Position numbers and translations under genes: made by a program. From Lingula anatina (taxonomy: Eukaryota > Animalia > Brachiopoda): DNA of 64,000 nt. The notes beneath the pieces are model-generated. The model worked only from the letters and a program-made list of their open reading frames with translations, searched no databases and was not told the DNA's origin. This document shows, in pieces, positions 11,430 to 24,908 of the stretch (within the stretch, counting starts at the first letter, position 1; every line of letters starts with the position of its first letter). The stretch spans positions 12,126,644 through 12,190,643 of the forward strand of contig CM120643.1 of assembly GCA_051362555.1 (NCBI GenBank). Reading direction: 5' to 3'.

Positions 11430-11644
11430 GGCTCTATTCCCATAGATTTTAGATCGATCTATCCCCGCGGGGAGTCTCACTAGATTACTTTCAGATAATC
11501 CGACTTAAATGTCCGTCCCGCCTACTACAAGCTGTAAGGGGGTAATTAACTTTCGTGTCCACCCGGCTGACAGCTATTTAGCGTGAACCCCCAGGGAGAT
11601 AGGTCGATCTAAAGTAGGTCGATCTAATCTATGGAAATGGGGTG
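11430..11644. mobile_element. MITE family A copy 1 (PIF/Harbinger-like)
   Basis: Imperfect TIRs (...CCATAGATTTTAGATCGATCTA / TAGGTCGATCTAATCTATGG...), TAA on both flanks, and a homologous copy at 55614-55839. Confidence 0.75.
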
Positions 11645-14600
11645 TAAGGGGATCTGTTTGTCCTTATATCAACTTATTCTAAATGCGCTCTCAGTGCTGT
11701 CCCACGCGTGTGACAATTTGGTGTCTCCCCATCTCAGTTCAGGCTTTAATTCAATGTAGAAAGTGAAAAGTTTAATCTCATAAGCATAATCAACAGACTA
11801 CACAGATGAATTTTCCCCAGATTGTCATTTTCTATATGCATCAAAATGCTCTCTGTAGCTATCAATGCATTTTGTGAAATACATCTTTTTAAGCGATACC
11901 ACTGAACTGCCTAAAGTTTTACGGTCTTAATTAAGGAGGGTAAAATATATTTTTATGAAGTAAGAGATGGGGCATGTTGTTCTTAAATATAAGCAAACTT
12001 GTCTAACTCAACCTATAATAATATCATCTCTAAAGATTATCAGTTTGTTTTTCTGTAAAAAAAAAAAAAAATTCACCCGTCACTAAAATACTTTATATCT
12101 AACACTGCAGTATTTTCTATCGTTAAAATTTAAATGGTGAAACAATCACAAAAGAGAAGTTGCAGAACCATACACACTGAGAGAAAGAGAGAGTGAAAGG
12201 AAGAGAAAGAGAGACTAAAACTTTGCTAATACTTCCACATTTGGTAGCTGAAATGGAGCACACATAGAAATAACATCTTTCAAGAACATTATTTTCACAT
12301 CTAAGCTCCTATCATCAGAATGACAGATCACAAGTAGAAATTGTTGCATGCAAGAAGGACGTCCATACATACTGTATAGCTGGACAGCTTGCCCGACTTC
12401 TTTTTTTCCGCACGGATTTTCTGAAATTGTAGGGAAAATTGGGAAAAATGAAAATACCTACTCCTTCCTTAGCAATAAAAATCAAAACATCCGAAACGTC
12501 CCAATTAAGTGAAGAAGCCTATTAAAAACGTGATTTATATTTCAATAGCCTTATAGAACATATTCAGCATACAACTTGGTTTTTATCCAAAATATTCATA
12601 ATTGTATAAATTCAGAAAGGGAGTGAAATAGTACATTCATGAAATGATAACAAGACAGAACATACTGTATGGGGATCTGTTGTGACAATTTTCTAAATAT
12701 TACCAGTATTTTTTTAGTTATATATACTGAAAAATATTGGATATGATTTTACTTTAAACAAATTTGACATAAATGTCAACATTTCATAACAATATCTAAT
12801 TTACATAAAAATATAAATCCTTTAGAAATGCATGGAAAATATATGGCACATATCAAACACAGAAAGTTTGTGACAACAGATTTCATTTTTTTCCTTAATC
12901 TCATTTATGCTTTGCTTACACTTTCCAATTTTTTACTATCTACGGTTGGCTTGTATATTAATTTCAAGTTTATATAAAGTAAACTCCCCTTTCACTTTTG
13001 GAGAAAGGACTTTTTGTAATGAACCCTTGCACACTGTTTTAAATCATACTTCTGCATGTTGCAAAGCAACATATTTCTCATGACCAAAGTACAGAATAGG
13101 AACAAAAAGGTTACAAATGTAGAGATGTCTTGTGTAGCACAGCAAATATTTTGTCTAAGAAGGTTTTGATATAAAAAAAAACAAAGTGATCACGCTATTT
13201 AATATGCTCCGCAGTAAAGGCGAGTAAAATTGATGGTTAAAGTATGATTCTGATTGCTAAAACTTGGAAAAAATGTTGCAAAATAAATAATTCAATCTGT
13301 GTATCATGTTAACCATATGATAATAAAAAACAGGTTGTTAACAAAATTCAAATCAGGTGCCAACTGTTCAAATAAATAAATAAATAATGGTTCATTTAAA
13401 AAAAAAAAATTTATGATTTTTGTATTCTTCACATGAAACTGTTATGCTTCTTTTCAATTCTTATCCATTTTATATTTTATAGAGTAAAAAGAAGAAACAT
13501 AAAAACATCCTTTTGTCCGGAAAAAAATGGCATTCTTAAGAAACATCGAACTTGTCAGCCATGGCGGAAAAAAATCAGCATTTATTGATTTTTGCATCTT
13601 CTTGGTAATTAGAACAGGAACCAGCAAGTCTGCGAGGCATCATTTCAATTTTCCTTTTCACCAATTGATATTGTCGTGATCTACTCCACTCTACATTGAA
13701 TTATTCTAACTACGCATATCAGTCCATCATATTCAATTCCACTCTTTGGGTGCGCGTTATTCTTTTACTTTCAATTTCATGCTCAATTTCCACTTTTAAA
13801 AATGACCCTTTCACATGAAGTTAGAAATTGCACTGAGAGACCTCCCGAGTCATACAGAATAGAAAAGAGGGACTGTAAAAATTATAACAGTCAATGGCAG
13901 TAAGGACCTTAAAATTCAGTCCTACATAAAATTCTTTTTTAAGTGTCTTAACCCTTGTGATTCCTCTTGATAAAAGACCAATGGTCAATAATACTTATTA
14001 CTAAAAGATAAATTGTTTGCATAGCACATTCAGTGAATTCATAGGCATTACTTTTCAAACAGCAGCTGAAATTCTAAAAGGAATGCTCAGCCAAAACATG
14101 AAATTCTAGGTATGTGACACAGCTGAAGAGGGAGGACATTTGAAACATTAGTGTCAGTCACACTGGGTAAATAACCCTAAGAGCTTATGACTACAGAAAA
14201 GAACAAAATACTTTTTCAAATAACTGCCACAGTCAAGTGCACACAATGCAACTTGAACTGCCAGTTAAAAAAATCTACCAAGGCAACACCAAATAACTTG
14301 ATTATACCAATCCTGGCATCTAGGCATTGTTCGCCTAGACCCCAGTGCCGCCTCTGCTGTGCGATAATCTGTTAGTCATATTGCGGTTTACAGGAGTCCC
14401 CCTCACAACCAATGAAATGTAACCCGGCCTGACAGCGGATAATGGTGGCACACGCCAGCAGACTCCACTTACACCTTTTTCATTCCTTTCACAAAAATGT
14501 CAGCAAACACTATTCAGCGTTAATAGAACTGAACTGAAAAGCCCGGCAAGCACGTGGTGTGGGGATCTGAGCATGGTGAAAGGGTTTCAATAAAAAAGAC

Positions 14601-17600
14601 CTGCACCTCTGCCAACCGGGGTTTTCTTGGTGTGCACTCAGAAGCATCCCCTGTTAAACAGATGGCCAGCCAAACTTTCATTGAAACCCACACGTTGCAT
14701 ACCTTTGCATAGTACTGACCTAAGGCAGGGTTAATTCTCTTCACAGGACGGTACATTCTATACCTAAAGGCAATTAAATCTTGCTGAAAGCAGGAAAATA
14801 TAGTTATAACCAACAGTTGACAGTTTATCAAGGACTTGTAAATATGTATTCTTCTTCAATGACAGTAGCTCGGCAGGCAGAACTGCACAGAGGACGCGTG
14901 GAGTGCGATGAAGTGCAAAAAACCAATCTGTTTACACAGACTTATTGAAACCCACATGCCTGTAAGCTTTATTCTTATTAGATAATCCATGTATTTTTTA
15001 CTTCTTTCATTCAGTGCCATTAGTAAAGAAATAGTCTGAGCAGGAGTCAGGTACTGTAAGAGGATACTCGCCATTCTTTGCTTTGAAATAAAAAGGTAGA
15101 ATTAAGGTGCAGTGTATTGAAAACAAGGGAAGAACAGGTAAAACTAGAAATCGATTTTTCAAAAATTTGTTTAATGGCAGTAATTGCAAAATTATCACCT
15201 ATCAGGTAGAGATCTGATGCAGAGTTGTTTTTTTTTTTCCGTGATATTCAGGTAGTTTTCATGTGAGCCGGAAACTAACCTGTTGAGATTTCCAGACAAA
15301 AATACAAAGTCCCCGCTCAGGCTGAAAAGATGCCATAAAATACTACTGCCACTTGAGAGTGTAATTTTTTTAAACTAACGTTCACAAGTCTAGGCATAGG
15401 AAGTTGGTTTAGAGTATCATAAATGCAATAAAGGGCTCTCAAAGCATTTTTTTCAACATATTTTACATTGTCATATAAAAGTTTGTTTTTTTTTTTCATT
15501 CTGAGTAAACTGCACACACACTCATACAGAAGTATGCCTACACACATGGCTGTTGACTTCATTCCCTCATTTGACAAATTATTCACTAAACTGATCTACC
15601 ACTTATGTCTCTCTTTTTCCCCTCCCTTTCTACTTGACTAACTGAGATAGGCCATTGCTAATTCACAAGTAAGCCATATAATTTGAATTCCAGCTCAAAT
15701 TAACAAAAGAGATAAAATGCTACAATTCATTTTTTTCGGCATACAAAACTGCAGAATGCAGACTGGAAAAAGATTTGCCAAGCATTAATATTGTCAAAGG
15801 ACTTCTTTTATCCTATAATAGCACTGAAAAGGAAAACGTTTGAATATCAGGTGTTTTAAATATGTACAATAAAGTGAAAGCAAGCCTGACACTGTTTGCA
15901 ACCAATTTACTGTCACTATTGCACGAGTAATTGGGGCCCCAGAAACCAAACAAAATCTAGTCCAAATTTATACTTCGGAACATGAGACATAGCAAACACA
16001 TTTTCTTTTCAAAACTTGGCGTGCCACCAGTTAAATCGATGCCTCCAAATTACACCTTTACAGCAGTGCTAACAGTAAAGTATTTCAGAGTGAAGGGACA
16101 TACATTTTTATTTCATAAAAGAACACATCCAAAAGGATATTACTTTTTTCAACAGCATAGATATTATATTTCCTTCTTAAAATTACAGGCAAAATGGAGA
16201 TACTGAAGTGTTAAAATTAGAAACAGTTTCTTTTCCCTGTTTTTTGTTTCCTCTTACAACAGACATGTAACTGTCAGAGTGCATGATTTGTTTCTTGAGA
16301 CATTTTGATTTTCACCTCTCAGAAATATAAGACTGTGATAATTTAAGGTGTATCAGATTTTCCCTAAATAAATGCATTCACACAATCAAGTTCTCTTTCA
16401 CAGAATTGCTTAAACAGAGCTCACACTTTATCTATGTAAATTAAGCTAATTATGAAAGTTCCAAGATAAAGAAGGCAAAGTGTTGTTGCTGGATATATAC
16501 ACCATATAGGAGAAAAAATCTGGATCATGTTTTTCATAATTTTCCCTTAATGCTCAATGTCAAGTTAACTGATATCCCTTTGCCCCAAACAATATCCATT
16601 AACGTCTGTCGCAATTCTGACCCTGTGGGCACGGCCTTCAATTCTTCTTCTTCTTTTCTTTTTTAAAATCTTCTAGTATTGCTGCTTAAATGTTTTAGAT
16701 TTGGGACGCATAAGTCATATTCTAAGGAATTAAAACAATTCTCACTTTACTGACACATAATTAACATCCTTTCTTTTGAATTTAACATTTACCTATATTC
16801 ACAGAAAAAAAATTACATAAAAAATTTCAAATTTGGTGCTGAAAATGTATGGAAAAAAAGCATAAAACAGAATAACCAAAATTAATTCTTAAAATACGCA
16901 TGGACATTGCACTTATCATGTTGATAAAAATAAGTGAAACCTGATAGCAAAGTTGATCGAAATAAAAGAAAAAAAAACTAAGCATACATGTACATTAGGC
17001 CACCTGGGAGGTGGTTTAAGTCATTTGAAAATGTCTAATTCTTTAAATCACTTAATGTGCAGGGAACCTTTAGGTGCTGTTAGCAGAAAAAAGTATTTTA
17101 ACAGAAAGTGAAGACTAATGTATCAAGTAAAAGAAAGTCTAATTTTTTTTACTTGGCTTCAAGGGTAGACATTGCTGCATCAAATCAAGTCTTCGAGATA
17201 AGAAAAAAAATTGCATCTTATTGATGGAAGAGAAAGTATGTAATTCAATTTCAGAGGATGGCAAAAAACCTTCATTTTGTTTTTATACAAAAAGAGAAAT
17301 AAGAATATTACAAAATGATTGCAAAGAGAGCGAAAATATATCAAAAACAGGATATGTTAGAGAAACGCCAACATCAGCATTTTTTTTTACTTAAAAAAAA
17401 TGACAAAAACTCAAAATTTACCACAAATGCTTCCTCAGCCAGTCTCGATTAGAAGCTCTATTTTGCTTTAAAACTTTTTAGACTTAAAGAAAACAGGAAA
17501 TTCAATCCATAGCAAATGGCCAGTTTTAAACAATTTGGTTTCCATCCACCTAATTTAAAAGCCCGTAGCTTATACCAACATCATGAATGAACTAATTTCC

Positions 17601-20600
17601 CTTTCCTTTTCACTTAAGCTTTTAATAAACCTTTCAAGCTAAGGATCCTAAATGAATTAAGAGCTGCCGTGTCAAGTCTACTATAAAAAGTTTTCGAAGC
17701 ATTTTGACAGGAAAATGTTATACTCAAATTAAAATATAACATATATCTTCATTTTAACTGTATATTTGATTCTGATTATGTCTTTTTAAAAAATTACACC
17801 AAATAACTTCATTACAGATGAATAAACAAACAAGAAAATGAAACAACCACCCAGCAACAAAAGAAATACAACTTGGTTATTCAGAAAGTGACAAATTATC
17901 ATGTTTAAGAATCTAGGGAAATGATTTTGCAGAAGAAAATGTTCTACACCTAATCCCATGAGGGTAATTGAGACTACCAGTCTACCTGATCTCAGTTTAC
18001 CATTAATTTTTCAAATTCTGCAAAAATTAACTTATGTACTATAATTCCAGCCATGGTTGAAATCGGGTCAATAACACAGATAGTCAATTTAATTATGAGT
18101 TGACATAGTACATAAATGAGGGGAAGACAAAGGCACACCATATATATTTATCATATTCCAGTCCAATAACTTAGAATTTCACTCAAATTGAACCTCCATG
18201 GAAAGTCGTCAAATTTAGTCTCATATTTCAATTTGATATCGGTCTAATAAGACCTGCATGCAGTTTAGAATTTCAATGGTATTGGTTTTCTCAGACCTGC
18301 ACACAGGTTTAAAATTTCAGTAACAATTCAACATGTTCTCGTATTCAGCTAATAATACCAAGCCTGGTGTCCCTTTTTTTGCGACTTATCCTTGAATTAA
18401 TTTTGAGAGTTCTGACTTTTTAGAGATACAACTCTGCCAATAAGGCTCTGTGTAGCTTTCTACACATGTTGTGGGTACAGAAATGTCAACCATGTGCATT
18501 TATTTTCATTTTTCTTGTACTGTTTAGAGATGTTATACTTTTGTTAATACAATATGGACAATAGACCTACCCATTTAAATACTGCCATGACAGATTGGCA
18601 TAAAATGTTGCCGATACCCCCTCCCCCCCCCCCCCAAAAAAAAAAAAAAAAATAAATAAATATCTACTCTAAAATCAGCAATTGAAACAAATAACACAAT
18701 GAAACACATGAATTTCTACATTCTATTAATCCATTCTATATATATTTATTAATATTTTCAAAATTCTTCCACCAATTATATATACCCAGCAAACAAAATA
18801 CATGAAGATTACCATGCAATAATTCGAATATCAGAATAAAAATTAAAAAAAAAAAAAATCCCATTAAAAATAACCTCCGTGAAATGTTGCTAGTCGTGGC
18901 CCGCCTGGTCCCCCAAGCCCTGACCTTCAACTTACAGCTGACGTTGTTGTAGCCTCACCACGGAATAACTGCATTAAATGCCACGTGTTTCCCACCCTAC
19001 TCTACAGACCAGGTACACATCGCAGGCCAGTGGCGCACTCCATATCTCCTGATTGAATTTCCCTCACTTTGTAATCTAATTACCGTGAATGAAAATCTGA
19101 GAGATAGTTGACAACCTGAGCTTTGGAGTATTCCTAGGAGAGTCGTGAGCTGGTAGGAATCAATATGTGACAGATACCATCTCTTTTACTCATGTAGACA
19201 CTCACTGGTTGATTCTCCTGCTTTTCCCACCTGCTTTCCTGCCCGCCCTCTTCTATTGCCCTTCCTATTTCTACACCAATCCAAAGATTTAATTTCTTCA
19301 AATTTGTTTCTCCCACTCAACTGACCTTGTCCAAGTATTTAGCTATAAGAAACTTACTTCAACACACACAGTTATACAAAATAACTTTTGTGACTAGATT
19401 TTAGATGGCTAGATTTTACTAGTGGATGGCAAGCTCACCTCTGCTGAGTAGCCTTTCGATAGCTTCAGGGTGAGCAAGGTCAAAATTGAACATTAAAGTG
19501 AATTTTATGTTTACACTTTTATACTGAATCCACATCTACAACCTTCTAAATAAACTCTCAGGTGTGCCTTTTCTCTTCCTTAAAAAATTTATTAATGGGC
19601 CGGTGTACTCTTTAAGCACAATCAACTACAAATCAAAGTAACAAACTTATGCCAGGAAAACTGAAGGCAATTTTACAGCAAATCTCTTTTATCTTTCATG
19701 CTATACATTAGCAGATAATCATGATAAAACCAACTTGTAGAAAAAAAATAACCTAGCTAAGAAAAACAATATAGTCTTTCTGGAAAAACAGTTAATAAGT
19801 TTTGATTTCAATTCAGCATATTATTTCTTATAAAAAGAACAATAACAGTAATGACGAAAAAAAACAACAATAATCATAATAATAACAATCAAGGAAAATC
19901 CCTTAATTTTCTTTAAAGTAAAAACTGGGACACACAGTTCTTTCAAATTCTAAAATAGATATTACACAAAAGCCCCTTATATAAATAATTAAGCCAGCAT
20001 TAAAAAGCGGAGTTTCACAATTATCAGACCATATCTATTGTCTGGAGGAAATTGTATTATTTCTTTTTGGGCTTTTTTTTTCACAACATAACATGGATAT
20101 TGCAATTTCAGTGGCACCATCATTGAAATACCATTCCATAAAATGTATCAAACCAGCATATACCAACTGAATCTCCATTTATATGCAGACATGATTTTCT
20201 ATCAATCAAACTAGAATAATGGTTAAAAGAAACAAAAGAGGCCGTGTAAATTTAACTATGAAATCAAGAACACATGGTGTATCAATATTTCAATTGATCA
20301 AAAAATTATGTTCGATGAAAAAAAAAAAACAAAGGGAAATATAGTCAAACATGGAACTGTCTGGACTAGCAGACATTTTTTCTCTCTTCGCTCTCTGCGT
20401 ATATAGTGGTCAACCAGGAACACAAGTATTGATTTTTTTGGATCAGCCATGTCGATGGTACATTATCATTTTTTTGCATGGCCAAGTAGCGGTCATTTTG
20501 ATACAACAGGGAGAACAGGAAGGCGAATCACGATTTACACAATTTTGGTAAAAAGCAGGACCTAAATCATTTTATAAACAGAGTTTACATTTACTGGGCC

Positions 20601-23600
20601 ATGAAATAATTGCAAAAAAAATTCACTTCTGATATTTTGCCATCTTGGTAGAACGTTTGAGTCATGCTGCAAGGTATGATGAAATGTCTCTCTCTCTCTC
20701 TCTCTTTGGCAATGATGTAATGTCTGTCTTTATACTGAGACACATGTGTCAAAGCCTCTTTAAGAAATGAGTCTAGATAATACTGCTGAATTAGGATAAA
20801 TAGGAAATTACACAAATAAATTCAAATATCAATAACCAATTTTGTTTCAATAAACATTTTTGAGGATTTTTTATCCTTGACTTTTGAAGCATCAAAATAC
20901 ATATACATACTATATATGCCTACATCTATCACCACTTTAAAAAGGAGTAAGAATGGAATATTTTGAGAAATATTTCATATTTTGACAAGCATTTTCTGTC
21001 ACATTCAAAACATTTTCAAGGGTGAGAGTGACTTTAACTTGCTTTTCTTATCATCATTACAAATAGGGAAAAATGTATTTTGCAACTCATGAACAAGCTC
21101 TATGAACTAATACAATTTTCCTCCTTTTAATCAAAGAAATGATTAAGATTTTAGATTCAAGTCCCAAAACAGGATCTTCCATACTCATTTTCATCATCTT
21201 ACCATGACATATTAGTTTAGAAATACAGCAGGCTGCTCCATATTCTTAGAAAAGAAAAAGGGCAGAAGAGAACAGAAGACACAGAACAAAAGACAAACGA
21301 GACTACTTTTTCGAACCAAGGGTTATGTCTGCCGCCATTCTTGCACTGGTCAGCCACACCGGTCTGGTTGTCAATGTTGACATGCGCAACACATTCATCT
21401 GTGGAAGGAAGATTGAAGCCAGAGCTGTGCACGACATACATATGAAGCCTGTTTCAAAGGCCAAGACACCGCATCAACCTTTTGATTGTTTAAGATCCAC
21501 AACTGTATCCTCCTAAACCTTATACCTTGTAAGGCTATAACATACACCCAACACACATACACAAAAAGATACAAAATAAAAACAAATAAATAAAAATAAA
21601 ATAAGCAAGATGAATGACATAATTCCCACCAAACAATCTCATCATTTTTTAAAAAATAAATACATAATTATATACTCAGCCATGGTTTAATTCCAATATT
21701 CTCAGCCATTGTTAAATTTCAAAAGTCCATTATCAATTAGGAGAAAATAAAAGAAAGAAACGAAGAAACCTCAAAAACAAAGGACAAAACAAAAGCCACA
21801 GAAACCAGACAAATAAAAACCCTTCAAAATTCCGTTTGTCATAGATGACAATGTAACTGACAGAGTTGTATGCCGTCTTATCTTCCCTAGCTTTCGGCAA
21901 ACAAAATCGACTCCAACTTTTCTTTAGAGAAGTGAAACAGTAGTCTTTTTCACTAGATAGTATCACCGTCAGGTGACCGAGTTCGACCTCCTCCTATTCT
22001 GATTTCAGATCCAAGTAATCGGCTGCATCTTTTCTCTTTCCCTGCAATGAGTACTAGTAGGACTTTTAGAAAGAAAAAATCTATATTTAGGATGGTCTAA
22101 TATATATTTAAACAGGAGTGCAAAGAAACGATGGATCGATACGAAATGGGATCTAGCTCTTTATGGTGAAGTTGGTCAACAACAACCCTGAGAAGTCTTC
22201 TTGCAAAAATCAAAATCAGACAATCAAAGAACTGCTACTGTTGCAGTGGCATTAGCATTTGATGTTGATACAATATTGACATTACCAGACGCAAAGTAAC
22301 CATCATATTCGATCGCAGGGACGAATACTGAGCAGGCCAGAGCACCTCGGTCCGTTGTGCCCAGACATGGTGGGTGTTGGATCGAATCTTCACAAGTCTG
22401 CGCAAACATTCCCTGCTGCAATGGCTGCATTTATTTTCTAGTCAAAATGTCAATTACCCATTTAATGAAAGCTATTGTTTTACTTCAGCCTAATTAGCAC
22501 AGCCGCTCTGACCCAGACTGAAGGTGTGCCTGCACTAGGGCATAGAGCAGATATCTCCAATGGTTTTTCCTATAGTATTGAATTGCTGAGTTTATCATGT
22601 TTCAAGGAAATCTTTTATTTTAGTGACATGCTATTTCTGAGTACATTATGCATGAAAGGAGAACGACATCTAATATTACAATTAAAATGTGAAACAGATA
22701 TCCAGTAGAATGAGAGAGAGAGAGAATGAAAATATATATCAATGAAGCACATGCTTTGTTTAAGTGATTATTTCTGGCTGAATGTTTTGTTGAAACTTGA
22801 AGTTGATTTTGATAAGTCAATTTTTGTTCATAATGCTACTATTGTATCATATACACATGTATGTTTGTATTTGGGGGATTAGTATTTGATGACTGACACA
22901 GAATCAGACCTATCACAATTAAGTTTGACGCTAAAAAATAAATGCATTCACGTTAACAATGCGACGTATCTCTAAATCTTCTCAAACTGAATAATCAATG
23001 TCACAGAATCAAGGTAAAACTGGGGCACCTTTTCACTGAAATTCCAATAAAAGAGATACTAATAAAAGAGTGTGCGCGGTGTCTATAAACGGCTAATTTA
23101 CAAAAAGACAATAACAACAACATGTTCTACTACATTTGCTACTAAAAATACTCCTTCTCTTACTACTACTACATTGTACTACTACTATTATACAGACCAG
23201 TAAAAGGGGGGGGGGGGGGGAGGAGTGGGAGGGGTGCTAGAAAAAACTGCCTTTTGGACAGAAAATGGTCTACTCTGTATCAAATTTTGATTTAATTTCT
23301 ATACCATTTCTGAAACTTGATCTACTACAGGGCTAAAAGATCATTCCCCTCCTTTTTTTAAAAGAAAGATAGCCTCCTTTAATAGTGCTGGCTATGTGCC
23401 TGCTCTATGTACTACCAATCTTACTACTGCTACTACTACCAATACTCATCCATCTAAAATACATTTTGCATTCTTTAAATATCCTCTTTCTTAGCTGTAC
23501 AGTATCAATTACTGATAAAAATTTCCCTTTTCTGATCTCGCCTTTAGTACCACATAGTTGCATACATTCATTAACTTCAAATTTTGTTTATGTCCAGATA

Positions 23601-24309
23601 GAAAAATATTTGTACATGACCTTAAAAATAAATATTTCTCATAATTATACAATTTCTACTTATAACTTGTGAAATAAACCACAATAATAATTGTATTTAA
23701 AATAGATGAAGGATGAAATATCACCTAAGATCATCAGGCACACTTTTGAGTATCTTTTTCAGATAGCTGCAATCTGGTGACTTGATTATGCTATACAGTA
23801 TCTTACATAATGAGAACAATTTGCAAAAGGGGAATCCTAACAAATGAGTTGAAACAGTGGCATTCTGACCAAAAAAATAAAATCAAAATCTTAAAACAGA
23901 TCAATGAATATTTGCATTTTTTTTAAACATTAAATGTATACATACTAAAGCATAAGCCTGTAAAGTTAGCTATACAAGTGATTCATTATAGAAAAGAATG
24001 ATGTCAGTTTGACCTTTTGGTCAAGAAATCATCTTCCTGACCTCTGTTTGACCACCGGACACTAGTTAACCTGGCCAAAGAACCAGAAAAGAAGAAGGTG
24101 AAAATGGTCTGCTAATATTTCACCCCAGATATTGATGGCCGGCTATGATCCTCTATAAAGTAACTGACCGAGTCATTCCCTTCCTATGGCAATATGGAAT
24201 AAAGCTTCGCAGACAGGTGAAACTGATCTAATTATCACGCCCATGATTAATCAATGCAAGCTTATTTTTTCATTGAATTCTGCATTATTTTAGACATTTC
24301 TGGAGGCAA

Positions 24310-24310
<1 letters not shown>

Positions 24311-24374
<64 letters not shown>
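24311..24374. repeat. Compound (TG)n(AG)n microsatellite
   Basis: Read directly. Confidence 0.95.
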
Positions 24375-24375
<1 letters not shown>

Positions 24376-24877
24376 ATCAAACAAAGTATCAAACAAAACA
24401 ATAAACAACCTCATGTTACATTTTCATGTACGGATGAAGACCCTGCGCATTTTCAGCCCCAAGTAATATCAAACTTCTCTCATTCATCTATGTCAAGAGT
24501 TTAAGTCTCCTAATTTTATAACTGACTATGATATCGGAGAAAAATGTATCCAAGCAACAACATCTATACCATATCACAGTATGGTATCCTACACTAATAT
24601 TTCACAATTACAATGTATCATTTACTTTCCATCCTTCTGTTGATATTGCAATTTTCTCACTTAAACATTTCAATAAAGTTGCATGTTTCTTATTAGACTA
24701 GCCAAACAATATTTTATACTTCATTTAAATCACTGGGTAGGCAACACATAACTGAGGAATCTAAAAACTGACTTAAGTTTACAAGCTGGTGCTTTGATAT
24801 AGATTAAGAAATAAGGATTGATCAGCTTGAGGTGCACTTGGATAAAAATATTCAGGTATTCACAAATAATTGTTGCC

Positions 24878-24908
<31 letters not shown>

